From Candidatus Multivoradales bacterium (GTDB lineage: Bacteria; Acidobacteriota; Thermoanaerobaculia; Multivoradales; J023), in contig CBDFLE010000005.1 of NCBI GenBank assembly GCA_965248925.1, forward strand, positions 1,312,001-1,376,000: a DNA stretch of 64,000 nucleotides, given 5' to 3'. The translations under genes and the position numbers were made by a program. Under the pieces are notes generated by a model. The model was not told where the DNA came from, did no database searches, and saw only the letters and a list, made by a program, of their open reading frames with translations. Shown here piece by piece: positions 31,348-41,404 of this stretch. Numbering within the stretch: the stretch's first letter is position 1; each line of letters begins with the position of its first letter.

Positions 31348-32514
31348 TCAGACCTCGAGCAGCGTTTGCGCAAGCTCTTGCGAAGTCGAAGATTCGGACT
31401 CTAATTGGGGGTCGTAGACATCAACGCCACAGGAAAAGCGAAAGTCAAATTCCACCAGTCTTGTCTTCGGCCCCTTCTGAAAGGAACGAGTCTGACTGTT
31501 GTCTGTCGATGATGTCGACCTCTCTAACAGCTCACAAGTTCTTCCGAAACCAACAGACAAAGAAGTACCGAGATTCTCGGTCACACACTCTATATCGAGA
31601 GTTTTTCCGCCGATTCTGATGACTACTTGCGCATTCCTGGCCAGCAGTGGTTTGACTCCCCTCCAAGATTCAGCGAGGAACTTCCAGTAGCGCTCAGGAG
31701 AAACGTGCCGGTCATCGCTACCTTTACTCCGCACCGGCCGAGGGGATCCGCCAAGAAACCAGAGCCTCAACCATTGATCTTCCTCAAAGTTGGTCGTATC
31801 GAGGTAGGGAGGTGACGTGATAATTAGGTTCACCGTTCCCTTCCATCTAGGGAATGACCGATAGGCCGTTCTGGCGTCTCGAAGAGCAACGCGCCCACGA
31901 AACTCGGCTGGGTCTGATTCGAATCTGTACAGGGCTTCTTGTCGAAGGACTCGGAAAACATCTCGTTTCGGGGGCAAGTATCCCTCGCGACGCCACCAGC
32001 CAACTGAGTAGTTACGTTTTGTCGAGATTGTCCTTGGCATCCGGTTCGAGAGATATCGGGCACTTCGATGGCTTTCTCCGTGGAGAACCCCCAGCGCCAA
32101 GGCAGCAATAAATCTGTCTACGCGACTCTTCCTCCAGTTGAGTGCACTCCTCAAGTACATCACCTGACTCAGGGTGTGCTTATGAAAACAAAGCGCAAAG
32201 AACGGATCATCAAGTAGGCAACAGTTAGTTCCCTGGGAGTCAGCAAACCCTGCCTGAAGCTCTCGCATGCGAAGCAGAACCGAACGCATCTCAGGAGGAT
32301 CAGCCTTTGCATTCGAGAGGCAAAAGGCAACAGCGTTGACATCGCAACCAGCGGCCTCACGACCTTGAAGTAAACTCTGGAAGACTGTCGTACCGCGACC
32401 ACTAAACGGGTCGAAGACGCGATCTCCTCGTTTAGTCCAGACAAGGTACTTCTGCACGAATGTCTCAGGAAACATCGCGAAGTAAGGGCAGATTGCGTGA
32501 AATCTATGTCTCAC
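31348..32514 (-). CDS. Amino-DNA methyltransferase, probably m4C, with motif I preceding motif IV
   Basis: CPYFAMFP, DPFSGRGTT (motif I), ITSPPY (motif IV); GTG 32514 overlaps the upstream TGA (the ORF track extends to 32562). Confidence 0.88.
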   Translation of the reverse strand: MRHRFHAICPYFAMFPETFVQKYLVWTKRGDRVFDPFSGRGTTVFQSLLQGREAAGCDVNAVAFCLSNAKADPPEMRSVLLRMRELQAGFADSQGTNCCLLDDPFFALCFHKHTLSQVMYLRSALNWRKSRVDRFIAALALGVLHGESHRSARYLSNRMPRTISTKRNYSVGWWRREGYLPPKRDVFRVLRQEALYRFESDPAEFRGRVALRDARTAYRSFPRWKGTVNLIITSPPYLDTTNFEEDQWLRLWFLGGSPRPVRSKGSDDRHVSPERYWKFLAESWRGVKPLLARNAQVVIRIGGKTLDIECVTENLGTSLSVGFGRTCELLERSTSSTDNSQTRSFQKGPKTRLVEFDFRFSCGVDVYDPQLESESSTSQELAQTLLEV

Positions 32515-33542
32515 AGCTCTCCTAGATTTCTTACTGCCTTTCTGCGAAATGAACGAACCCACTTCCTGACGTCCCGAAGACTCTCAACCCCGTCAATCGG
32601 CTCAACGCCTTGTTTGTGGAGACCCAAAGCCCGCCCCAGGTGGGCGACGAGTCGATGTCGATAGAAGAAAGCGCCGAACTGGAGAGTCAGCACCCTAAGG
32701 TAACCCTGAATCCTCTCTTCGTAGGAAAAGGAACCGAAATTTTCATCGGGTGGCTCAACACAAAAAGGAATAAACAGAGCTGGTGCAGGTTTGGCCGCGG
32801 GACGCTCCTCGAACCAGCACTCAAAGAATGTGTCGAGGTGTAGTCTAACAGACTTGTCACGCCAGTTCGATAGACCAGAGGCTGTCTGCCCAAGAAGGAA
32901 CCGTAGACTAGGGCGGCTGTCAATGTTCGGGCGCCAGGCGATCACATCGATACCACCATCTTTTTCCTTACCGCTCATTCCCGCCAAGGGTTGATCCCGA
33001 ACTTTCCCTTCACCCCAAAGTTCCACGACTTCCCTGAGCTTCTCCCGAATTGCAGATCCATCTGGCCGGGGGAAATCGAAGTAGACCGAGGGTCCGGTCA
33101 TATAGTCAGCTGCGCAGATAGTTGCGCATGCTTGGAACAGGCGTCGCTCGTTGTAAGTAATCGACGGGCTGAGGTCACCCGACAAAATTAGGCTTGAGGT
33201 CGCATGCGAGAGGAGCAGGCAAAACAGATAGGAACTCTGGCCGTCCGACCACCGCTTGGCCAGGACGAGCCGACGCCCGTTACTGCTAAGATCATAAGGA
33301 TACGCGGGGCCCATAACTTTTTTCCGAAAGTTGATCTCTTCTAGAATTTCCCCCAAGCGGGCCTCAGATCTTGCATCATCTTGGTCGAGTTTTTCTGAGT
33401 CCCAGTCTCGATCGAAATCTAAGGCATCGACGACGTCCCGAGTATGACAGGAATAATTTGAGCAGCAGAAGGCGCGCAATTCAAGCCAGTCGCTCCAGAT
33501 CATCAGTGATGCGGACGCCGGAGGAGAACTCAAAGAGGACAA
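32511..33542 (-). CDS. Putative restriction-endonuclease-like PD-(D/E)xK protein
   Basis: KDGGIDVIAW...LGQTASG..NWRDK resembles a D...QxK-type core; SDWLEL N-terminus; translationally coupled to the MTase. Confidence 0.6.
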   Translation of the reverse strand: MSSLSSPPASASLMIWSDWLELRAFCCSNYSCHTRDVVDALDFDRDWDSEKLDQDDARSEARLGEILEEINFRKKVMGPAYPYDLSSNGRRLVLAKRWSDGQSSYLFCLLLSHATSSLILSGDLSPSITYNERRLFQACATICAADYMTGPSVYFDFPRPDGSAIREKLREVVELWGEGKVRDQPLAGMSGKEKDGGIDVIAWRPNIDSRPSLRFLLGQTASGLSNWRDKSVRLHLDTFFECWFEERPAAKPAPALFIPFCVEPPDENFGSFSYEERIQGYLRVLTLQFGAFFYRHRLVAHLGRALGLHKQGVEPIDGVESLRDVRKWVRSFRRKAVRNLGEL

Positions 33543-33546
33543 CAGA

Positions 33547-34665
33547 CTAAACCTCAGCGGGAGCTGTTTTCTGTCGCCCAGTCATCACTTCGATTAGGAT
33601 ATTGGCGTTCTCCGCAAGGCTCTTACCAGTGGCAAAGAGGGTTTCTGTTCCGTCGTATGCCCGCACTTTTGAAAGTGCTTCTTCCGTTTTCTGATTCGCT
33701 TGGACCAGAGCCTGCTCGAATGCTGTTGCCGGAGTCCGGACTAGCTTGTAGGCTTCAACGCGACTGGCGTTAGCCTCCAGGTTCTGGCGGGCCTGGGGGA
33801 CTCGAATGATCTCGTCGAGCTGCTTCACATGAGGGTTCTGAGAAGTAACAAGTGGGTCACACTCATCTTGTTTGGATCCGTAGAGCCACTGCAGAACTCG
33901 TTTCAAATTCTCGAGCTTCTCCGGGGAAACTGGGTTCGGAAGCGGTTCGCTATTGCGCCAGTCATCTGGAAGACCTAAATATGCCCTGAAACCGGGTCGG
34001 GTTATTGCTGTGTAAAGGTGCGAGAAATAAAAGACACGGCCACTGGCACGATCTCGAACATCAAATATCTTCTCTTGTTGAGCCTGAATCAAGACGAGCA
34101 TCCCGTTGACTAGGCGTCGGACGACATCGTGTCTGTCGCCGAGTTTCTTCGCAATTTCTCGGATCGTGATCTTCGGTTGCTCCTTCAAATACCAATTTGT
34201 TGCAAATTTCGCTTTCGGGTAAGAGTCCCATCGGTGAGGGCCATTGATGTGCTTGAATCCAATAAAGGCGCGTGCTGTATGACGGTCGGACACAAAGTAG
34301 ACCGTTACTTTCTCAAGGCTACTCTTCTTGTCTTCGGCAATCTGAGGTACTGAAATACCGATCGTCGCAGCCAATTCGGGTTCGCGGAGAAGACGAAGAG
34401 CAGCCAACCGGCGGTTGCCCTCATAAACGACACTGGAATTGGTGTCTACTAAGAGCGGCTCGATATCGATGTAGCCGTTAGCGGCAATCGACTCTAGGAG
34501 TTCTCCAAGATCGGCTGTTTCGTCAAGGGCTGCAATGGCATCCTCCTCGGTCTGAATCCGGGTCTCGCCGTCGAATAGCCGAGGGTTCTCAAGATCGAAC
34601 TTGAGTGTTTCCACGTCGACTAGGCGTGTGGAAGGCATCGTGTCGTTTGTCATGAGTCTGCTCAT
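33547..34665 (-). CDS. ParB/Srx-like N-terminal domain protein
   Basis: FDLENPRL, SIAANGYIDIEPLLV, VVYEGNRRLAALRLL, HINGPHRW, HTH-like TIREIAKKLG. Confidence 0.82.
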   Translation of the reverse strand: MSRLMTNDTMPSTRLVDVETLKFDLENPRLFDGETRIQTEEDAIAALDETADLGELLESIAANGYIDIEPLLVDTNSSVVYEGNRRLAALRLLREPELAATIGISVPQIAEDKKSSLEKVTVYFVSDRHTARAFIGFKHINGPHRWDSYPKAKFATNWYLKEQPKITIREIAKKLGDRHDVVRRLVNGMLVLIQAQQEKIFDVRDRASGRVFYFSHLYTAITRPGFRAYLGLPDDWRNSEPLPNPVSPEKLENLKRVLQWLYGSKQDECDPLVTSQNPHVKQLDEIIRVPQARQNLEANASRVEAYKLVRTPATAFEQALVQANQKTEEALSKVRAYDGTETLFATGKSLAENANILIEVMTGRQKTAPAEV

Positions 34666-35159
34666 TTCCCAGCAACCTTTCAGGCGGAGGTACCACCATC
34701 ACACCATGAGGCCGTTTGGCCTGGACCAATCTCACTCAGCCACCCTGGCTCAGAGCAGCACGTCCTGCCCCGATTGTCTCAGATACTCAGGGGTTCTGCT
34801 GGCCTGATTCTCAAGTCTGTGCCTTTTGGATCTCTCCTGAATCTGCCTGGACCCTAGCAGCTCGAAGGCAGAGACAATGTCCATAGGGGAAATCTGCCCA
34901 AGGCTTACCCCATGTGGGCGACTATATCGCCTAGGCGAGTGCAAGAGGGCACCACAGGACAGTAGCCAGGAACCGAATCCACGGTTAACACCAGGGTAGG
35001 CACGCGACTAGGATTGCGCAGCCAGTATCGCCGAACAAAGACGCCAAAGTCATTTCTTGATCGAATGAACATCTGCGCCCACTCGCTCCTGCTCTACCGG
35101 TGTTTCGCACCTCCACAGCACATGAACCCTAGGAAACGCGTTCGCGGCCCACAAATCCC

Positions 35160-35219
35160 TCCCCGCCATCCGCGCCGCCCGGCTGCCGGTGGCGACGGCG
35201 CTGCGGGAGCTTTGAGGAA
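35160..35219 (+). repeat. 60-bp perfect direct repeat, right copy
   Basis: Duplicate of the permease 3' end including its TGA. Confidence 0.95.
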
Positions 35220-35244
35220 AGCAACTGGCTGGGCGGGCCAGCGC

Positions 35245-37949
35245 TCAGCTGGCCCGCAGGGCCTCGACGGTGTCGGTGCTTGCCGCCTTTAAGGCAGGTC
35301 CCAAACCAGCCAGGGCGGCGACTCCCAGCAGCAGAACCGCCATGGCGAGGAAGATCATCGGGTCGGTTGGCTCGACACCATAGAGCAACGACTCGACCGA
35401 TCGCGACACCACCAAGGCACCCACGCTGCCGAGGGCCAGACCGCAGCCGGCCAAGAGCAGGGTCCTGCCCACGATGCGTCGCAGAACTCCCGCCGCCGAC
35501 TCTCCCAATGCCATGCGGATGCCAATCTCGGGCAAGCGCTCGTTGACCGAATAGGAGAGCACGCCGTAGATCCCCAAAGCAGCCAGCAGCAGAGCGGTAG
35601 CCGCAAAGGCAATAAGCAATTGCAGGGTGAAGCGGCGCGGTGACATCGAACGCTCAACCACCCCGTCGAGGCTCTGGTATTCGCCGGTCGGCAAGGTCGG
35701 GTCTAGCCGGCTGATCGCCGCCGCAACGCTGGGCACCAGAGCAGTGGCCGCCAAACGCGATCGCACCACCATGTCAAGGGTCTGAAAATCACCATTCTGA
35801 GTGACCGGGAGATACATCTCCGAACCCGCACCCAACTCTAGAGACCGATGCCGCACATCGGCCACCAGCCCCACCACCCGATGCTCCGCGCCGTTGATCA
35901 CCATGATCTGGTCGAGGGCGCGCTGGCCGCCAAAGACCCGCTTGGCGCCAGTCTGATTGAGCATCACGACCCGCTCTTGGTCGCCATCGTCGTGGGCACT
36001 GAAGTAGCGGCCCGCCAGCAGCGGAATCTGCATCGATTGCAAATAGCGGCTATCGATCAAATGGGGGAAGACCACCGTCCACTCTTCACCATCCTGGTAC
36101 TCAACCCCCGGTGCCCGCACCGCCCAGGATCGATTGCGCCCCAAAGGCAGAGCATCCGTGAGGCCCACTGCCTCGACCCCAGGAATCGCTGTCACCGCCG
36201 TCAGCGCACGGTCATAGAAGGCGTTGACCTCCGCCAAGCTGTCGAGATTCTGCGGGGTGTTGATCTGCCAAGCATAGGCCCCAGCGGGCTGAAAACCGAG
36301 ATCGACATCGAGCACCCGCTGGAAACTCTTCAACAACAAGCCGCCGAAGACCAGCAAGACGCAGGCCAGGGCGACCTCGGCAATGACCAGACCCTCGCGC
36401 CAACGGGTACTGCGCCGAGTGGCACTCAATCCCCTGCCCGTGCCTTTGAAGGCAGCTGCCTCACTGCCGTTGGAAACCTGCAGGGCGGCACCAGACCCGC
36501 CGCCAAACCGACGACGAAAGTCAGCGCAGTGGTGAAGAGCAAGGCACCGCCGTCGACCGAGACCGAGCGCAAGAGTGGAATGCTCAGCGCGTTGTCGGAG
36601 GCCGCGAATTCGGTGATCGAAACCGCCAGCAGAAGACCGACCCCAGCACCCGCGGTCGCCAATAGCGAACTCTCGATCAACAGCTGACGCAGCAGCCGCC
36701 AGCGGGAGGCACCCAGAGCACTGCGCACCGCCATCTCGCGACTCCGCTTGGTGCTACTGGCCAACAGCAGGTTAGAGAGATTGACACAAACGATAAGCAT
36801 CACCGCTCCAGCCGCCGCCGCCAGCAGCAACATGGCGGAACGGAAGGGGCCAGCGATCTGCCCCTTGAGAGAACTCACCTTGGCTCCTAAACCCCAACGC
36901 TCTGGATCGTCCTTTTTCAAGGCCGCGAGCACCGCGTCGAGTTCGGCCTGGGCGCTGGCGACGGTGGCGCCGGGAGCCAACCGGCCGATCATCGATAGGG
37001 TATTACCCCAGCGGTCGGTCTGATCGCTGATCGGAAAGACGTGCAAGAAATCTACCCTCGTGCTGGGAGTGAAGATGGAGGCAAAGTCGAAAGATGGAGG
37101 CAGCACACCGACCACCTCGAGCGGGCCATTGCTGAAGGAGATCGTGCTACCGACCACCGCCGGATCGGCGGCGAATCGTCGCTGCCACAAGGCGTGGGAC
37201 AAAATCACCACCGGCGGGCCGTTGTCAGCCCCCTCTTCCAAGACGAAGGCGCGGCCATGGAGCGGCTGCACACCCAGCACCTGGAGGAAATCTTGGGCCA
37301 CCGCTGCGCCGACCAGCCTCTCGGGCTCGCCTTCCCCCACCAGATTGTAGCTGCGGTGCTCGAAGAAGGCGTTGTAGCCGGTGATTGCGGTGAAAGACTG
37401 GGTGCGATCACGGAAGTCGCGCAAGTTGCTGGTGCGCGAAGTAACTGCCGACATGCCGCCCACGCCATCGTTGGCAATCCACACCAGCCGCTCAGCTTCA
37501 GTGAGCGGTAACTGGCGCAGCATCAGAGGGCTCAAGACACTAAACACCGCGGTACAGGCGCCGATCCCCAAGCCGACGATCGGCACCGCGAAGAGAAACA
37601 AGCGCGGATCCTTGCGCACCGCGCGCAGGGCATATTTCGCATCCGAAATCCAAGCCGAAGGTCGCAATAAGTCGCTCACGCTCTCTCCTTTGATTTCCGC
37701 CACCACCAGCGAGCTGAGGGGCTGCCGGCGCTGCCGGCGATCACTCAATCCCAAACTGCAAGCCAACACCAATGCCTGGCGCCAGTACCAGAAGTAAGCC
37801 GTCAATGCTCCCCGCCGCCGTGCTAGCCGGCCACAGTCCTCGCTGAGATCACCGAGGATCGAGCGGGTAATATCGCTGGCGCCAAGGCAGCGCAGCAGCA
37901 GCCACTCTGCCCCCCAGGGGGGTCGCGGGATCTGCTGTAGGCTGCTCAC
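35245..37949 (-). pseudogene. ADOP-type duplicated ABC permease with one frameshift
   Basis: LGIGACTAVFS, CVNLSNLLLA, REMAVRSALGA, EIGIRMALG; halves join if one G is restored near 36486 (VPALQVS). Confidence 0.85.
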
Positions 37950-38272
37950 CGTGGGTCCATCATCGGCCCGAGCGCCGCGAAGAAACGCAGCAGAGTAGTG
38001 CGCGATGCCCGTGCCGCGCTGAGCCCTTCGGCGGAGACCCGCAGTCGGCGCATCGGGTGACCACCGCGTTCAGGAACTCCGCTAGGCTCGATCTCCCAGC
38101 TGATCAGTCTCTTGGCTTCGAGCCGGGCCAGGGTGCGGTAGAGCGCCCCGCGAGTTACCTTGCGGCCAGCGTTCTGCTCGAGGTCCCAGCGCACCCGATT
38201 GGCATAGGGCTCCTCTGCTTGGCGCAGGATCGCCAACAACACCAACAGCTCAAACTCACCCATCTTTGCCAT
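37946..38272 (-). CDS. PadR-family transcriptional regulator
   Basis: MGEFELLVLLAILR, GALYRTLARLEAK, ERGG; directly upstream of the ADOP permease. Confidence 0.9.
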   Translation of the reverse strand: MAKMGEFELLVLLAILRQAEEPYANRVRWDLEQNAGRKVTRGALYRTLARLEAKRLISWEIEPSGVPERGGHPMRRLRVSAEGLSAARASRTTLLRFFAALGPMMDPR

Positions 38273-38291
38273 GCGTTTCCTACCCTGATTT

Positions 38292-38341
38292 TTCAACTCT
38301 CACTCTAATTCTTCAACTCTCATGCGAAGCATACATTGTAT
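38292..38341. promoter_or_regulatory. Candidate padR operator/promoter elements
   Basis: TTCAACTCTCA at 38292 and 38312 (20-bp period); ATACA-T-TGTAT palindrome at 38331-38341. Confidence 0.45.
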
Positions 38342-38390
38342 ACCTCGAAGCCTCAGACAAGTTACAACTGGTCTAGGCAACCGTCTCGCT

Positions 38391-40463
38391 CTATGAGCTC
38401 GGCGCCTGCTGGCTGCCGAATCGGCCTGCCGCGAAAGTCTGCAGCAAGGTCGGCAACACCAGCAGGGACAGCACCAGTCCGGCGCCGACTCCCAGACCAA
38501 GAACTTGGGCAAAAGAAGCCAAACCCCGATGACTGGTCAAGGCCAGAGTGACGAAAGCGGCCAGGGTGGTGAGGGAGGTCAGGACGATGCTTCGACCGGT
38601 GCCTATCAGGGTGCTGTGGAGGTCACCTCGCTCCGAGCGGTAGCGGTGAACCAGGTGAATACCGTCGTCGACAGCGATCCCCAGCACCACCGGCAGAGCC
38701 ATGATATCGAGAGGATTGAAGGACAGCCCAAAGAGCTTCATCAGGCCGATCAGCGCGCTCACCGTCAGCCCGGTCGGCATCACCGCTAGCAAAGTCCAGA
38801 GCGGGTCGCGGAATACCGAGAAGACCCAGATCAGAAGCAGAGGAGCGCCCGCCGCAGCCGTCACCCACAAAGCTCGTTTTGATCGCTCGACCATGAATTG
38901 GCCGAGGAAGGGCATGCCGGTGGCTTGGCTGTCGATTGCCAGCATATGATCGATGAAAGTCTGCTGCTCCAGCGGGTCCCAGATGTCAGCCTGAGGATAA
39001 GCGTAGACCGCCAGTTGGCCGGCGGTGGATTCAAAGGCCCGCAGCAGGTCCGGCGGCAGCTCTGCCCGCACTCCCGGCAGCACTTCAAAATCGAGCATCG
39101 AACGCACTGTGCCCACGGTCTCGTCATCACTCAGTCGCCAGACCAGATCTTGTAGCTCTTGGCGTGAGCCAACGGTGAAAGCAGCCAACTCGGGTGACCA
39201 GCTCGACCGCCGCACCATCTCGCGCTCCAGGCGCACAGTCTCTGAGTCTACCGGCTGTAGATTGAGGTAGTCGGTGTCAAAAGACGGCAGCCCACCGAGC
39301 AGTCCCGTCAGGGCAGCTAGCACCAACAGCCAGGCCAGCGGCCGGCTTTGCAACGCCACCAAGATTCGGCCGAGGCGCCGCCCGCCACCAGCCCATGGCC
39401 GCAGCTGTCGCCCGCCAGTCCAGCTAAGACTTAGCAAGGCCGGCAGCACTGTCACCATCGACAACAGACAGATCACCACACCGGTGCCGGCGATCGCTCC
39501 CAATTCAGCGAAGCCACGAAAACCGGAGAGCTGCATTGCCCACAGAACCGAGGCGGTGGTCAGCGCGCTGCCGGCCAGGCTCGGCGCCAGCTCGCCCACC
39601 GCTCGTGGCACCGCCCGCGCCAGCACCAGGCCCTCGCCCAGCAGCTCCTCAGTCCGAGCAACAATGTGAATGCCAGAGTCTATGCCGAGGCCAAGAAGGA
39701 TCGAAGCAAAGAACGCCGACAGCAGAGTGAGGTGGCCAGGGTAGATGGCGGCGAATCCCACCGTCACAACAACCCCGAAAGCCAAGGCCAGGGTCGCGGC
39801 CAAGGGGCGACGGATATCACCAAAGGCAGTGGCGAAGAGCACCAGCACCAAGATCAACGACAACGCCGACAACCGGCCGATGTCACGCTGCACCAAGTTG
39901 CGATCGTCGAGAGCGAAACGCGGCATGCCGGTGGTTCCGGCTCTAACCTGGGTAGCCGCTAATTCCGCCTGCAAACGCTCCTCCACCCCAGCGACGAAGG
40001 GCTCCAGGGTCTCGACCCGAGAGTAAGCATCCTCCGGCTGGACGAAGAGAAATAGCAGTCCGCCATCCTCAGAACTCAGGTAAGGATCGACACCTGTCAC
40101 TTCCACCACCGCCGGATCGAGCGGCAGCCTGGCGAACACACTGCGCACGCCGGGGAGCTGTCGCAGAGCAACCTCCAGCCGGTCGGCGGCACTTCGCAAA
40201 CGGCTTTGATCAGCCCCTTCGAGCACTACCACCAAGCTGTTGGGAGTGCCGAACCGAGCAGCGAAGTCTTGAAACCGCTGCACTGGTGGCAGTTTGGTAT
40301 CGATCAAATCGAGGTTCGAAGTGCGCAGACTCAGCCGGGTCACGGCCAGTCCCAGGGATCCGCCCGCCAACAGCAAAGCCACCAGCAAGACGGCGCCAGG
40401 TTGCCGCACCGAGACTCGGGCGGCGACGGCGAGCATCCCAGCTGCGCGGCCCAGCCAGTTCAT
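38391..40463 (-). CDS. MMPL/RND-family lipid exporter (HpnN-like)
   Basis: ILLGLGIDSGIH and LGIAVDDGIHLVHRY in two TM halves; ATG overlaps the upstream TGA. Confidence 0.85.
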   Translation of the reverse strand: MNWLGRAAGMLAVAARVSVRQPGAVLLVALLLAGGSLGLAVTRLSLRTSNLDLIDTKLPPVQRFQDFAARFGTPNSLVVVLEGADQSRLRSAADRLEVALRQLPGVRSVFARLPLDPAVVEVTGVDPYLSSEDGGLLFLFVQPEDAYSRVETLEPFVAGVEERLQAELAATQVRAGTTGMPRFALDDRNLVQRDIGRLSALSLILVLVLFATAFGDIRRPLAATLALAFGVVVTVGFAAIYPGHLTLLSAFFASILLGLGIDSGIHIVARTEELLGEGLVLARAVPRAVGELAPSLAGSALTTASVLWAMQLSGFRGFAELGAIAGTGVVICLLSMVTVLPALLSLSWTGGRQLRPWAGGGRRLGRILVALQSRPLAWLLVLAALTGLLGGLPSFDTDYLNLQPVDSETVRLEREMVRRSSWSPELAAFTVGSRQELQDLVWRLSDDETVGTVRSMLDFEVLPGVRAELPPDLLRAFESTAGQLAVYAYPQADIWDPLEQQTFIDHMLAIDSQATGMPFLGQFMVERSKRALWVTAAAGAPLLLIWVFSVFRDPLWTLLAVMPTGLTVSALIGLMKLFGLSFNPLDIMALPVVLGIAVDDGIHLVHRYRSERGDLHSTLIGTGRSIVLTSLTTLAAFVTLALTSHRGLASFAQVLGLGVGAGLVLSLLVLPTLLQTFAAGRFGSQQAPSS

Positions 40464-41404
40464 CGTGGCGGCCCGCCGCCGACAGATCCGGCAGCCAACT
40501 GCGGCATCATCCAACGCAGGCCGGCAATCTCAGCAGCGCGGGCAAAGCGCGGCAGGGCCGAGGAGGGCCGATCGAGCGATAGAGTGAAGGTTCCGAAATG
40601 ACAAGGCACGACTTGCTCGACACCAAGAATCTTGGCCACTCTCACCGCCTCCTCCGGATTCAGATGGAATTTGGCCAGCGGAAACCGCGGCGCGTAGGCG
40701 CCGATCGGCAGCACCGCGACGCGCGGCTGATAGCGCTCAGCGATCACCGCAAAGTGCTCGCCGAAACCGCTGTCACCAGCGAAGTAGATGGCATCTTCCG
40801 GTGATCGGATGATGTAACCCAAGGCCAGCTGGCGGCTCGCCAAGGGGTGATAACGATTGCCATTGTGGGCCGCCTCGACGGCTATCACTTCCAGCTCTCC
40901 CAGCCGCAAACTCGAACCAGGCTCGAGGCTATCGATGCGGATAGCGGGATCGAAAACGCCCTCGAGATACGCGGCGGCCCCAGCGGGTACCAGCATCCGC
41001 CCAAGGCGAGGCACCGCCGCCAGGGTCGGCAGATCGAGATGGTCGTAGTGAGCATGACTAATCAACACCGCATCAAGCGGCCCTAGCTCTCCAGCCGCTA
41101 ATGGTGGAGCCATCAGCCGGCGACTCAGAGTGCAATGCCGGCTGAGGTTTGGATCGACCAGGATTCGCTGCCCCAACCACTCGACCAAGAAACCCGAATG
41201 TCCCAGCCAGTGCAACCGCGGCACCGGCGAATCACCCCGCCAGAGCACCGTTTCCCGAGGTCGCGCCGCCCTTGGGATCTCTTCCCAGCCGGTGGCGCCC
41301 TGCCAGTGTTGGAGAGGTGTCAACCAACCAAGCCAGCCTGCCGAGGCGAGAACTGCTGCCATTAAGATCGCGGCACCGATCAGGCGTCTTCGCTTACCCC
41401 TCAT
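40460..41404 (-). CDS. MBL-fold metallo-hydrolase (NAPE-PLD/RomA-like)
   Basis: WLGHSGF, ISHAHYDHLD, YFAGDSG, LPIGAYAP, PCHFGTF; N-terminal membrane anchor. Confidence 0.88.
   Translation of the reverse strand: MRGKRRRLIGAAILMAAVLASAGWLGWLTPLQHWQGATGWEEIPRAARPRETVLWRGDSPVPRLHWLGHSGFLVEWLGQRILVDPNLSRHCTLSRRLMAPPLAAGELGPLDAVLISHAHYDHLDLPTLAAVPRLGRMLVPAGAAAYLEGVFDPAIRIDSLEPGSSLRLGELEVIAVEAAHNGNRYHPLASRQLALGYIIRSPEDAIYFAGDSGFGEHFAVIAERYQPRVAVLPIGAYAPRFPLAKFHLNPEEAVRVAKILGVEQVVPCHFGTFTLSLDRPSSALPRFARAAEIAGLRWMMPQLAAGSVGGGPPR

Larger units (their letters stand above)
31108..35219. mobile_element. Small integrated island (about 4.1 kb) with no integrase
   Basis: Flanking 60-bp direct repeat, abrupt shift to AT-richer sequence, inner imperfect inverted repeats. 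Confidence 0.85.

Noticed and set aside
33547-34665. Chromosome or plasmid partitioning ParB
   Set aside because: No parA or replication gene; it is coupled to nuclease-like and MTase genes
34700-35150. Short ORFs 34750-34944 and 35014-35292 as an island integrase
   Set aside because: No recombinase motifs; 35014-35292 merely runs through the repeat
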